A stretch of DNA of 64,000 nt from an uncultured Rhodanobacteraceae bacterium (lineage in GTDB: Bacteria > Pseudomonadota > Gammaproteobacteria > Xanthomonadales > UBA2363). Position 1 is the first letter of the stretch. Each line of letters starts with the position of its first letter. The notes under the pieces were generated by a model that was not told the origin of the DNA, did no database searches, and saw only the letters and a list, made by a program, of their open reading frames with translations. A program made the position numbers and the translations under genes. Of this stretch, positions 51,315-61,800 are shown in pieces. The stretch is taken from assembly GCA_964647135.1 (NCBI GenBank), contig CAZYHP010000001.1, forward strand, positions 1,511 through 65,510, given 5' to 3'.

Positions 51315-51956
51315 TCAGGGCGTGCCCGGCATCTCGATGGCGCGTGATGGTCCCGAGCACACCGCCGCGCCGACCAGATGATCGCCCAGGGGCAGCTCGG
51401 CGCAGGACCAGCGTGCGGCAGGCGCAGCCTCGCCGTCCAGATGCGCCAGACGAAGTCGGCCATCGGCACCGGGCTGGAAGCAGGCCCTGCCGAGGCCATA
51501 ACCCAGGCCGCGGCCGATGGCCTTGAACAGCGCTTCCTTCATCGTCCACAGGCGCAGGAAAGCGTGGTCGAGGTCGGGCTGGCCAGCCAGCCAGTCGACC
51601 TCCGCCGTCGGAAAATGCCGCCGCGCCAGTGACATCGCCTTCGGCCGCGGTTGCCGGATCTCCAGGTCGACGCCCAGGTCGGCACCCTCGACCAGGCCGA
51701 ACAGGTACCAGCCGCCACTGTCGCTGGGATTGAAGCCGAAGCGCTCGTACGGCGGCGGCAGAAACGGCTTGCCGTTGGCGCCGCGGCGCAGCGCTGACAG
51801 GTCCAGGCCGGGAAACGCCGCGAGCAGGTGGTCGCGGGTCGCGAGCGCGGCGGCACGCTTGCGCGCTTTCGCCGTTTCGATCACGCCAAGGCCGGCTTCG
51901 ACCGGCAGTGCCTGGCATCGGATCCGGATCGGTGGAAGCGCCGGCCTGTCCGTCAT
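51315..51956 (-). CDS. 4'-phosphopantetheinyl transferase (Sfp/EntD type)
   Basis: 213 aa. PPTase motifs are GKPFL, FNPSDSGG, GVDLE and WTMKEALFKAIG. The start overlaps the upstream gene's stop by ATGA (51953-51956). Confidence 0.8.
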   Translation of the reverse strand: MTDRPALPPIRIRCQALPVEAGLGVIETAKARKRAAALATRDHLLAAFPGLDLSALRRGANGKPFLPPPYERFGFNPSDSGGWYLFGLVEGADLGVDLEIRQPRPKAMSLARRHFPTAEVDWLAGQPDLDHAFLRLWTMKEALFKAIGRGLGYGLGRACFQPGADGRLRLAHLDGEAAPAARWSCAELPLGDHLVGAAVCSGPSRAIEMPGTP

Positions 51957-53140
51957 CGCGGCTGCAACTGGTAGCGCAGATCGGCGTCGAAACCGGAAAG
52001 GCGCGTCGTGTCCAGGCCGCGCGCCAGGGCCATCACCTGGAAGCGTTCGCCCATCTCGCCGGGCAGCATCAGCGTCTTCACCGCGCCGACGCGGTTCAAG
52101 CGGGCCGCGAAGGGCAATTGCTCCAGCGTCGCCAGATACCCCTGGATATCATTCCCGAGAAGGAATTGCGCCTGCGAGGTATAGCCGGCGACCTCGAGGC
52201 CGCAGGCCAGGGCCGCTTCCGCCACCGCGGTGAAATCGACGAAGGCGGTGATGTCCTGCAGTCCCGGCAGGTGCAGCGGATCGCCGTGGGCGTGATGGCG
52301 GTAGTGGCAGACCAGTGTGCCGTCCTGGCGCTCCGGGCTGTAGTACACCTGCCGCGGATAGCCGTAATCGACGAACAGCGCCAGTCCCTGCTGCAGCGAA
52401 CCCGTCAAGGCGGCGAGCCAGGGTTGCAGGCTCAGGTGCATTTCCGAGCGGTAGGGGCGCGGGAGCGTGTCGAGGTCGTCACCCAATCGCTGCTGGATCT
52501 GTCTCGCCAGCGCCGGCGACGCGGGCTGTTCCAGCCATTCGAATCGCTCCGGCCCGCCGCCGACGAACTGCTCGTGCAGGCCATCGTCACGCAGCGCGAA
52601 GCGTGTCGCCGGCAGCGCATCGATGACCTCGTTGGCGACCACGGCGCCGCGCCACGGCGACTGCGGCGGCTGGTCCAGCCAGTCGACGCGGTCGAGCAGC
52701 CCGGGACAGCGTTCGGCGATCCGCGCGCGCTGCCGTTCGCGCAGGTCGGCGCTGATTTCCAGCAGCCGGTAGCGGCGCGGCAGCGCGTCGCGTGCAGCCA
52801 GGGCCGCCAGCAGATCGACGGCCAGCGCGCCGCTGCCGCCGCCGACTTCCAGCAGGTCCCAATCTCCGCCGCCGTCACTCGCCATGGAATTGGCCAGGCA
52901 GTGTGTGAGGGCGTGCGCGAAGGCCGGGCCCAGCTCGGGCGCGGTGACAAAGTCGCCCTCGGCACCGAACTTGCGGCTGCCGGCGCTGTAGTAGCCCAGG
53001 CCTGGCGCGTACAACAGCAGCGCCATGAAGCGCGAAAAAGGCATCGGGCCCGTCCTGGCGATTTCGGCGGCAACGTGCGCGGAAAGGCGCCGGGAATGCG
53101 CGAGCGCGTCGGCTGGGGGTTCGGGAAGGCGGGCGGACAT
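51953..53140 (-). CDS. Class I SAM-dependent methyltransferase, MidA/NDUFAF7-like (COG1565)
   Basis: 395 aa. The N-terminus is MPFSRFMALLLYAPGLGYYSAG...FGAEGDFVTAPELGPAFAH. The SAM-binding segment is LLEVGGGSGALAVDLL. This is the typical layout of the family. Confidence 0.8.
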   Translation of the reverse strand: MSARLPEPPADALAHSRRLSAHVAAEIARTGPMPFSRFMALLLYAPGLGYYSAGSRKFGAEGDFVTAPELGPAFAHALTHCLANSMASDGGGDWDLLEVGGGSGALAVDLLAALAARDALPRRYRLLEISADLRERQRARIAERCPGLLDRVDWLDQPPQSPWRGAVVANEVIDALPATRFALRDDGLHEQFVGGGPERFEWLEQPASPALARQIQQRLGDDLDTLPRPYRSEMHLSLQPWLAALTGSLQQGLALFVDYGYPRQVYYSPERQDGTLVCHYRHHAHGDPLHLPGLQDITAFVDFTAVAEAALACGLEVAGYTSQAQFLLGNDIQGYLATLEQLPFAARLNRVGAVKTLMLPGEMGERFQVMALARGLDTTRLSGFDADLRYQLQPR

Positions 53141-53178
53141 GGTCGACGGCGGTGGTTCGGACCGGTAGCGTAGCGGAC

Positions 53179-53934
53179 ATGCCCCGACCCCAGCTCCACG
53201 ACGACCGCCCCGTCGCCCTCGTCACCGGCGCCGCGCGCCGCATCGGCGCGACCATCGCGCGAACGCTGCATGGCGCCGGCTACGACCTGGTCCTGCATTG
53301 CCACGCTTCGCTGCACGAGGCCGGGATGCTGCGCGACGAACTGCTGGCGGCGCGACCCGGCAGCGCCCTCGTCGTCAGCGCCAACCTCGCCGACGACACG
53401 GCGCCGACGCGGCTGGTCGACGCCGCGCTCGCGCAGTTCGGCCGTCTCGACGCGCTGGTCAACAATGCCAGCCGTTTCCGCCCGACCCCGCTGGGCACGA
53501 TCACCGCGGCGGACTGGGACGAGTTGTTCGCCAGCAATGCCCGCGCACCGCTGTTCCTCGCCCAGGCGGCGGCAGCGCAGCTGCGCGAGCGGGGTGGCGC
53601 CATCGTCAATCTCGTCGACATCTACGCCGAACGTCCGCTGCCGGACCATCCGGTCTACGTGATGGCGAAGGCGGCGCTGTCGGCGCTGACGCTGTCGTTG
53701 GCGCGCGATCTCGGCCCGGCCGTGCGCGTGAATGCCATCGCGCCCGGCGCCATCCTCTGGCCCGAGCAGCCGCCGCCGGACTACGGCAAGGAACGGCTGC
53801 TGGAAGCCACGGCCCTGAAGCGCAGCGGCACGCCGGAAGACATTGCCGGTGCCGTTCTCTACCTGCTGCGCGATGCCACCTACGTCACCGGCGAGATCCT
53901 GCGCGTCGACGGCGGGCGCTGGCTGTCGATCTGA
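53179..53934 (+). CDS. Short-chain dehydrogenase/reductase, pteridine-reductase-like
   Basis: The track ORF starts at GTG 53152; ATG 53179 gives MPRPQLHDDRPVALVTGAARRIG. Motifs are NNAS and the catalytic YVMAKAAL (YxxxK). The C-terminal TGEILRVDGG is typical. Confidence 0.8.
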   Translation: MPRPQLHDDRPVALVTGAARRIGATIARTLHGAGYDLVLHCHASLHEAGMLRDELLAARPGSALVVSANLADDTAPTRLVDAALAQFGRLDALVNNASRFRPTPLGTITAADWDELFASNARAPLFLAQAAAAQLRERGGAIVNLVDIYAERPLPDHPVYVMAKAALSALTLSLARDLGPAVRVNAIAPGAILWPEQPPPDYGKERLLEATALKRSGTPEDIAGAVLYLLRDATYVTGEILRVDGGRWLSI

Positions 53935-54010
53935 CCGCGGCGGGACACTTGGGTTAACCTGCCTGCCGATCCACACCTTGACCGGACCGGCGCGGTCCAC
54001 CGGGAGACCC

Positions 54011-55630
54011 ATGGCACAGGCAGACAGCGGGCGCATGCCCCGGCAGATCGGCTACATCATCGGCAACGAGGCGTGCGAGCGCTTCAGTTTCTACGGCATG
54101 CGCAACATCCTGGTGCCGTTCCTGATCAGTTCGGTGCTGCTGCAGTACCTGCCCGAGGGCGCCGACCGGGAAGCGATGGCCAAGGAGGTGTTCCACTCCT
54201 TCGTGATCGGCGTGTACTTCTTCCCGCTGCTGGGCGGCTGGCTGTCGGACCGGTTCTTCGGCAAGTACAACACCGTCCTCTGGTTCTCGCTCATCTACTG
54301 CGCCGGCCATGCCTGCCTGGCGATGTTCGAGGACAACCGCAACGGCTTCTACGCCGGCCTGTTCCTGATCGCGCTGGGCTCCGGCGGCATCAAGCCGCTG
54401 GTGGTGTCCTTCTGCGGCGACCAGTTCGACCAGACCAACAAGGACAAGGCGAAGCTGGTCTTCGACGGTTTCTACTGGATCATCAATTTCGGCTCCTTCT
54501 TCGCCTCGCTGTTCGCGCCATTGCTGCTGCGCCACTTCGGCCCGGCCGTCGCCTTCGGCATCCCCGGCGTGCTGATGTTCATCGCCACGCTGATCTTCTG
54601 GCTCGGCCGGCACCAGTACGTGAATGTGCCGCCGAGCGGGCCGGATCCGCACTCCTTCCTCAACGTGGTCAAGACCGCGCTGCGGCAACGCCGCCCGGGC
54701 GAAGGCAATCTCGGCGCCGTGGTGGCGTGGAGTGGCGTCGCCATCGCCGTGTTGATGCTCCTGCTCTGGGCCTTGAGCGTCGGCGGGGTGCAGGTGCCGG
54801 GTTGGCCGTCCTCGTTCGGCTTCGTGATCACCGCCTGCCTGGCGCTGGGTGTGCTGATCGCTTTCGGCGGCTGGGGAGCGTCGATGCAGCTGGAGCGTGC
54901 GCGCGGCCTGCATCCGGATGCCGCGGTCGACGGCGTGCGCGCGGTGTTGCGCATCCTGATCGTGTTCGCGCTGGTGACGCCGTTCTGGTCGCTGTTCGAC
55001 CAGAAGGCCTCGACCTGGATCATCCAGGGCAACGCCATGGTCATCCCGCATGACCAATGGTGGTGGCCGAGCTGGCTGATCCAGGAGCCGGCGCAGATGC
55101 AGGCGCTGAACCCGCTGCTGGTGATGTTGCTGATCCCGTTCAACAACCTGCTCCTGTATCCGGCGCTGCGCCGGATCGGCTTCAACCCCACCCCCCTGCG
55201 CCGCATGGGCTGGGGCATCGCCTTCTCGGGCGTGTCGTGGATCATCGCCGGCGCCCTGCAGCTGTGGATCGACAGTGGCGCCGAAGTGTCCCTGGCCTGG
55301 CAATCGCTGCCCTACCTGCTGCTGACGTTCGGCGAGGTACTGGTGTCGGCGACGGCGCTGGAGTTCGCCTACAGCCAGGCGCCGCATGCGATGAAGGGGG
55401 TGATCATGGCGTTCTGGTACCTGACCAGCACCTTCGGCAGCCTGTGGGTGCTGATCACCAATGCCGGCGTCCGCAATGCCGGCTTCCAGTCGGTGATCGC
55501 CGGCAGCGGACTGAGCGAACCGGCCTTCCTCATGTTCTTCTTCGCGGCGTTCGCCTTTGTCGCGGCGCTGGCCTTCGGCCTTTACGCCCGCCACTACCCG
55601 ATGCAGGACAACTACCGCATCGCCACCTGA
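54011..55630 (+). CDS. Proton-dependent oligopeptide transporter (POT/PTR2 family, MFS)
   Basis: Track ORF 53843..55630, trimmed to MAQADSGRMPRQIGYIIGNEACERFSFYGMRNIL. PTR2 signatures are GGWLSDRFFGKYNT and FYWIINFGSF. Confidence 0.9.
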   Translation: MAQADSGRMPRQIGYIIGNEACERFSFYGMRNILVPFLISSVLLQYLPEGADREAMAKEVFHSFVIGVYFFPLLGGWLSDRFFGKYNTVLWFSLIYCAGHACLAMFEDNRNGFYAGLFLIALGSGGIKPLVVSFCGDQFDQTNKDKAKLVFDGFYWIINFGSFFASLFAPLLLRHFGPAVAFGIPGVLMFIATLIFWLGRHQYVNVPPSGPDPHSFLNVVKTALRQRRPGEGNLGAVVAWSGVAIAVLMLLLWALSVGGVQVPGWPSSFGFVITACLALGVLIAFGGWGASMQLERARGLHPDAAVDGVRAVLRILIVFALVTPFWSLFDQKASTWIIQGNAMVIPHDQWWWPSWLIQEPAQMQALNPLLVMLLIPFNNLLLYPALRRIGFNPTPLRRMGWGIAFSGVSWIIAGALQLWIDSGAEVSLAWQSLPYLLLTFGEVLVSATALEFAYSQAPHAMKGVIMAFWYLTSTFGSLWVLITNAGVRNAGFQSVIAGSGLSEPAFLMFFFAAFAFVAALAFGLYARHYPMQDNYRIAT

Positions 55631-55721
55631 GTGCGCGGCTGCCCCGCACCCGCGGACCATCCACCGGTCCGCGGGCGCGGTGTACGATGCCGCCCTGTCC
55701 CCGCCGCCGATCCACACCCGC

Positions 55722-56735
55722 ATGGAAGCACCGAGCGCCGTCAATCCCCACCGAATCGCCGCCTGGGTGCTGGCCGGAATCGCGCTCTTCGTCGTCCTCC
55801 GCTTCGGTCTGCTGGTGCCGCTGCTGGCCGGACTGCTGGTCTTCCACCTGACGCATTCGCTGGCGCCGTTCATCGAGCGCCGCATCACGCCGCTGGGTCC
55901 GCGACTGATCGCCGTGACCCTGGTATCGATGCTGATCATCGGCTTGCTGACGCTCGGCATCGTCGGCCTGGTGGCGTACTTCCGTACGGATGCCGGATCG
56001 CTGCAGGGCCTGCTGGACCGCCTGATGGGAATCATCGACGACTCGCGCGGCCAGATTCCGGACTGGCTGCTGGCCTATCTGCCGGAGGACAGCTCGGCCA
56101 TGCGTCGCGCACTCGGCGAGTGGCTGACCAACCATCGCACCGAATTGAGCCTGGTCGGCGCCGAAGCGGTGCAGACCATCGTCCGGCTGCTGATCGGCAT
56201 GGTGCTGGGCGCGATGATCGCGCTGTATGACGAATTGCCCAACCAGTTCCTTGGCCCGCTCGGCCGCGAGATGGTGGGTCGCGCGAGTCGATTTGCCGAT
56301 GCCTTCCGCCGGGTCGTGTTCGCGCAGCTGAAGATCTCGCTGCTCAACACCTTCTTCACCGGCATCTTCCTGGCCGTGGTGCTGCCGGCGTTCGGCGTCC
56401 ACCTGCCACTGACAAAGACGCTGATCGTCGTCACCTTCGTGGCCGGCCTGCTGCCGGTCGTCGGCAACCTCATCTCGAACACGGTGATCACCATCGTCGG
56501 CCTGTCGGTGTCGTTCTACGTCGCCGTCGCGGCGCTGGCCTACCTGATCCTGATCCACAAGGTCGAGTACTTCCTCAACGCGCGCATCGTCGGCGGCGAG
56601 ATCCATGCCCGTGCCTGGGAGCTGCTGCTGGCGATGCTGACGATGGAAGCCATCTTCGGCATACCCGGCCTGGTCGCCGCACCGGTGTACTACGCCTACA
56701 TCAAGCGCGAACTGACGGACCAGGGCTGGGTCTGA
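55722..56735 (+). CDS. AI-2E family transporter (PerM/UPF0118)
   Basis: Track ORF 55557..56735, trimmed to MEAPSAVNPHRIAAWVLAGIALFVVL. It is multi-TM, and the conserved C-terminal region is GLLPVVGNLISNTVITIVGL...EAIFGIPGLVAAPVYYAY. Confidence 0.8.
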   Translation: MEAPSAVNPHRIAAWVLAGIALFVVLRFGLLVPLLAGLLVFHLTHSLAPFIERRITPLGPRLIAVTLVSMLIIGLLTLGIVGLVAYFRTDAGSLQGLLDRLMGIIDDSRGQIPDWLLAYLPEDSSAMRRALGEWLTNHRTELSLVGAEAVQTIVRLLIGMVLGAMIALYDELPNQFLGPLGREMVGRASRFADAFRRVVFAQLKISLLNTFFTGIFLAVVLPAFGVHLPLTKTLIVVTFVAGLLPVVGNLISNTVITIVGLSVSFYVAVAALAYLILIHKVEYFLNARIVGGEIHARAWELLLAMLTMEAIFGIPGLVAAPVYYAYIKRELTDQGWV

Positions 56736-56752
56736 GCCGCGCCGCCCCGTTG

Positions 56753-58198
56753 ATGGCCCACACGCAGCAGCCCGCCCTGTTCACGGTCGTGCCCGGCGGA
56801 CTGTTCGGTCCGCTGGCCTCGCCCAACCGCGCGCACTACTGGCTGCTGCTGTGCCGGCTCTTCGACGAGTTCTTCGGACCCGATGCGCCGCTGCCGCCCA
56901 GCAACGGCCTGCCGCGCCGCGAAATCACGGCGGCGCTGGAGCGCTACCTGCTTGCCGACGACCCCTGGGAAGCCGAGGACGGCGATGCGCCCGACACGCC
57001 CATCGCGGTGCGCGCCGGCCACATCTATGAGCGTTTCCGCAATGCCGGCTGGCTGCGCCAGGAGCGCATCGGCGCCCGCGAGATGGTCAGCATGGCGCCG
57101 CTGGTGGCGCAGCTGCTGTCGACACTGATCGAATTCGCCGAACACGGCCCCACCTTTGTCTCGGCGCGCATGCGTTCGGTGGAGCTGCAGTTGCAGCAGG
57201 TCGTCGAAGGCCGCGCCGCCGGCGATGCACTGGATGAAGCCGCCGACCAGGCGCGTCGCCTGCTGGTGTCGCTGTCGTCGATGAGCCTGACCGTGCGCGA
57301 CCTGATGCCGCAGCTCACCCGAGCAGAAACCACGGCGCAGTTCGCGCGCGAGTGGTTCGAGCGCTATGTCGGCGAATTCTTCATCGGCGACTACGCCGAC
57401 CTGCATCGCGCCGACCATCCGCTGGCGCGGCGCAGCGCGATCCTGGCGATGACCCGGCAGATCGAGTCCGGAGATCGTGGCGACGCGTTGCTGGCGTGGT
57501 ACGCCGACCACCATGGTGACGCCGACCGTGGCGCGCAGCGCTTCGCACGCAGCCTGCGCCGCCTGCGCGAGCTGGATCGCATCGACGAGTATCTCGAACG
57601 CCTGGACGACGACATCCGCCAGGCCAATCGCCGCGCCCTGGCTTTCCTCGACTACCGTCTGCGTGCACCGGCGCGCCTGGATACGCTGCTGCGACGCGCC
57701 GCCCGCGGCGCGCTGGCGGCGGCGCCCGGTAAGCTGCGTCTGCCGGTGGCCAGCGGTGGCCTGATGGATGCCGACCGTCTGCGCGCGCCACGCACGCGCC
57801 CGACCCCGATTCCGCGCAGCGCCAACGCGACGACACCGCCGACGCCGGAACAGCTGGCGCGGCTCGCACTGCTGCGCCGCATGAAGCGCGCGCGCCTGGT
57901 CACCGCCGAGGACATGGCCGGCTATGTCGGCCGCCACCTGGCCGACCGCGCCGAAATCGATAGCGACGTACTCTCGATCCAGTCCATTCCCGACCTGCGC
58001 GCCTACCAGACATTGCTGACGCTGGCGCTGCGTGGTCGACGCGTCGGCGGTCTGCGCCGCGACGATCCCCTCGGCCGCCTGCTGCGCGGCTTCCGCGTCG
58101 AGCTGCTGGATGACAACGAACGCAGCGACAGCGACTGGCTGCGCGGACCGCGCTTCATCCTCCGCCGCGTCGGCACCCAGACCCGGACACCCGCATGA
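56753..58198 (+). CDS. jetA: Wadjet JetA-like (MksF/kleisin-like, DUF3375-type) subunit
   Basis: 481 aa from ATG 56753 (the track start 56750 is TTG). It is first of four coupled genes. The N-terminus is PALFTVVPGGLFGPLASPNRAHYWLLLCRLFDEFFG. Size and position match type I JetA. The assignment comes from operon architecture plus sequence character, not from a search. Confidence 0.7.
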   Translation: MAHTQQPALFTVVPGGLFGPLASPNRAHYWLLLCRLFDEFFGPDAPLPPSNGLPRREITAALERYLLADDPWEAEDGDAPDTPIAVRAGHIYERFRNAGWLRQERIGAREMVSMAPLVAQLLSTLIEFAEHGPTFVSARMRSVELQLQQVVEGRAAGDALDEAADQARRLLVSLSSMSLTVRDLMPQLTRAETTAQFAREWFERYVGEFFIGDYADLHRADHPLARRSAILAMTRQIESGDRGDALLAWYADHHGDADRGAQRFARSLRRLRELDRIDEYLERLDDDIRQANRRALAFLDYRLRAPARLDTLLRRAARGALAAAPGKLRLPVASGGLMDADRLRAPRTRPTPIPRSANATTPPTPEQLARLALLRRMKRARLVTAEDMAGYVGRHLADRAEIDSDVLSIQSIPDLRAYQTLLTLALRGRRVGGLRRDDPLGRLLRGFRVELLDDNERSDSDWLRGPRFILRRVGTQTRTPA

Positions 58199-58842
58199 AA
58201 CGAAGCTGGAACACCCTGAGCCAGCAATCCAATGGCGCCTGGTCCGTACAGGACTTCGAGCGCGCCGCCTATCGCCTCGTCACCGAGCAGGTGCTGTCGG
58301 CCGGCGAACGCAGTACGCGCCTGGCCTATCACCTGGTCGAAGACCATTTCGACGACTTCGTCGCCGCGCTGGCGCCGCTGGGCGTGCGCCTGGAACGCAA
58401 CGCGCACTACCGCCATGTCGTCGCGCTGCCGACGCACGGCGAGGGCACGCCGGTGTCGCTGGCGGAAACGTTGCTGCTGCTGGTGCTGCGGCAGCGTTAC
58501 GACGTGGCGATGCGTGAAGGCCTGATCGAAGAGGACGGCCTGGTCACGATCGAGCTGCCCGACCTGCAGGAAGCGTATCCACAGCTGACGGGGCGGCCCA
58601 TGCCGGACGTCGGCCAACTGCGCGAGCTCGGGCGCAGCCTGCGCCGCTGGGGCGTGTGCCGCCTCGTGGACGCCGACAACGACGATCCGCAGCCGTTCCA
58701 TCTGCAGGTGCGCCCCGCCATCGTCGAGATCATCGGCGAGCAGTGGCTGCAGCGACTCGACCAGCACTTCCGCGGCGACGACGAGGAGGACGACGTGTCC
58801 GACACGGCGGCCGTCGCAGGGGATGACGATGCAAAGGCTTGA
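58195..58842 (+). CDS. jetB: Wadjet JetB-like (MksE/KITE-like, DUF4194-type) subunit
   Basis: 215 aa. It overlaps jetA by ATGA. The size is typical of type I JetB, with an acidic C-terminal tail (GDDEEDDVSDTAAVAGDDDAKA). Confidence 0.7.
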   Translation: MKRSWNTLSQQSNGAWSVQDFERAAYRLVTEQVLSAGERSTRLAYHLVEDHFDDFVAALAPLGVRLERNAHYRHVVALPTHGEGTPVSLAETLLLLVLRQRYDVAMREGLIEEDGLVTIELPDLQEAYPQLTGRPMPDVGQLRELGRSLRRWGVCRLVDADNDDPQPFHLQVRPAIVEIIGEQWLQRLDQHFRGDDEEDDVSDTAAVAGDDDAKA

Positions 58843-61800
58843 GCGCGTCCATCTGGTGCAGTTCTTCCTGTTCGAGGCGCAGACGCTGGAACTGGACCGC
58901 ACCAGCGCCGTGATTGCGCCGAACGGCGCCGGCAAGAGCGCCCTGCTCGATGCGCTGCAGATCGTCCTGCTGGGCGGCGACCGCAGCCGAATCCGCTTCA
59001 ACGCACAGGCGGGCGGCAGCGCGCGGGCACGCAGCATCCGCGACTATTGCCTGGGCGTGTATCGCAGTGGCGACGATGGAAGGAAGCGGCGCACGGCGAC
59101 GACCTACCTCTCGCTGGTGTTCCGCGACGAGGACAGCGGCGTGCCGCTGACGGCCGGCATCGCACTGGCCGCGTCGGTGGATGAGCCCGAACACCGCGTG
59201 CACGGCCTGTACCTGCTGCCCGGTGTGGCGCTCGAGCTCGACGACCATCTTGAACAGGTCAACGACCGCACCTTGCCGCTGGCCTGGGCGACCTTCCGCG
59301 AACAGGCATCGCGTCGCTGCAAGGCGGCCGGGACGACACTGGAACTGCACAGTGTCGCCGAGCGCTTCGTGAAGGACCTGCTGTTCCGCCTGCGCGCCAC
59401 GCCGACCGCGAATCCCGACGTCAACGCCTACCGCAAGGCCTTCCTCAATGCGTTGAACCTGCAGCGCGTCGATGATGTCGACCTGTTCGTCCGCGACCTC
59501 GTCGCCGAGAACCGGCCGACCGACATCGCCCGTTTCCGCTCGCTGCTGGAGAGTTTCCGGCAGATCCGCGACCGCATCGAGCAGGTGCGCCAGCGCATCG
59601 AGGCGGCGGAGGGTGCCGAGAAGCAGTACGAGCGCATCGCCGGCCAGGCGGTGCGCGCCGCGTCGTATCGCGCCCTCGCCGCGGAATATACGCGCGACCT
59701 CTACGGCGAACAGATCGAAACCGCGGAAGCCGACGTCGAGACGGCCCGCGAGATGCTGGCGCGCACGCGTCGCGAGCTGACGGAAGCGCGCAGCGAACGC
59801 GAGCGCCTGCGTGATGAACTCGAGCGCGGTACCGCGCAACTCGCCGGCCATGGCGGCTACGGCGAGCAGGCACGGTTCGAGGAAGTGGCCGGCCGCGATC
59901 GCGAGCGACTGACGCAGATCCGCGGCGAGCTGCTGCGCGAAATCGCGGCGGTCAGTGACCGCCTGGGCACACTGCCCGCCCTCGATGGCGTCGATCCAGC
60001 GATGCTGGCCGAGGCACGTCGGCCGTGGACGCAGTGGTACGCGGCGCTCAATCGCGAGGCCGCTGACGAACCCCTTCCCTGGTTGCCGGAAGACTTCTAC
60101 GAAGCGGCACGGACGGCGCTGCGCGCGGCACGGCCGCTGGTCGAACAGCTCGAGTCTGCCGCGCGCCGCCTTCACGCCGAACTGGAACAGGCCCGCGCAC
60201 GTGCGCAGGCGGCGCGCGCCAATCATGGCCGTCTTTCCGCTGGCCAGGCGGAACTGGCGCCGGATGTCGTGCGCCTGATGAACTATCTGCGCGACGAAGG
60301 CATCGACGCGCGCCCGGTCTGTGATCTCGTGCGCGTGCGCGATCCCGCCTGGCAGCGCGCCATCGAGGCCTACCTGCGCAGCAATGTCGAGGCGCTGCTG
60401 ATTCCCGTCGAACACGAGGAAAAGGCGACACGCCTGTACCGCAGCCTGCGCGATGGGCGCGCCGTCTATGGCGTCAAGCTGGCGCTGTCGAGCCACGCCC
60501 GCGGCGGTCGTCGCGACGAGCCCGCGTCCGGCACCGTCGCCGCATTGCTCGAGGGTCTCAATGACGACGCCCTCGCCTTCCTGCGCCGCCAGCTCGGCGA
60601 CCTGCGCTGCGTCGACAGCGATGCCGAACTGCTGCGCACGCGCCAGGGCCTGAGTGCCGACGGCGTGCTCGCCAAGGGCGGCAGCATCGAACGCCTGCGC
60701 CTGCCGGCCATCGGCGAGTTGAAGATCGGTGCCGCCGACAACCGCGATCGCCTGCGCGTGCTGCGCCAGGACATGGATCGTGCCGAGGCCGACATCCGCC
60801 GCCTCGAACCGCTGGTACGTGCCCTGGACGGCCATCATCGCGGCCTGTCGCGACTGGCGCAGGGCGACGAGCTGGCGCAGGCGCTGCATGCACGCGTGCT
60901 CGAACATCACGATGTCGCGCAGCGCCTGCGCAGCAGCCGTGACACGGCCGCCGCATCGGCGGATCCGGACCTGCTTCGGCTGGCGGAACAGGTGCGCGAA
61001 CTGCGCGGCGAGCGTGACGCCGCCGAACAGCGCGTCGAGGCACTGGTCGGTCGCGAGGCGGTGGCCGACGGCCGCCTCACCAGGCTGGTCGAGATGCTCG
61101 ATGCCCTGCGCGCGCAGGAAGAGCTCATCGCCCGCAAGGCCGTGCAGGCCTTCGCCGATCCCGATGTCGATCCCAATCGCGTCGAGCGGCAGCGCGAGGA
61201 CATGGACGACCGCTTCGCGACGCTGGAGGAACGGCGCCAGCACTGCGAGTCGCGCGCCGACGAATCCGACCGGCGGCTGGCGCACCTGCTGCCCGAAGCC
61301 TGGAGCGTGCTGTCGCAGTACGCGCGCGACCACGGCCTGGACCTGGAACTGGAGACCCACGACTGGCGCCGCGCCCGCACGCTGCTGCGGCGTGAGCTGG
61401 CGCAGCTGCGCGACACCGACCTGGTGCGTTACCAGGCCGATGCCGACCGCGCCTACGACACCGCCGTCGAGACCTTCCGTGCCAGTGTCGCCGCGACGCT
61501 CAACGACAACTTCGTCCGTCTCAAGAGCCAGATCGCCACGCTCAACCGCACACTGCGCGCCAGCCCTGCGTTCTCGAACAACGAGCGCTACCAGTTCCAC
61601 TACGAAGTGGTGCCGGAGTTCCGCGAGCTGGAACGCTTCATCCGCCGCGCCGCCGACGTCGGCAGCGAGGACAACCTGTTCGGCAGCGCCGGCGAGGTGC
61701 CGGCGGCGTTCCGCGAACTGATCGAGGACACTGTCGCGGCGCGTTCAACCCCTTCGCCACTGGACGACTACCGGCGCTTCTTCCGCTTCGAGGTGCAGAT

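Noticed and set aside
58730-61600. 956-aa minus-strand ORF overlapping jetC
   Set aside because: It is antisense to the SMC-like gene, which has Walker A/B motifs and coiled-coil character. The product is Arg/Ala/Gly-rich with no motifs, so it is a shadow ORF.
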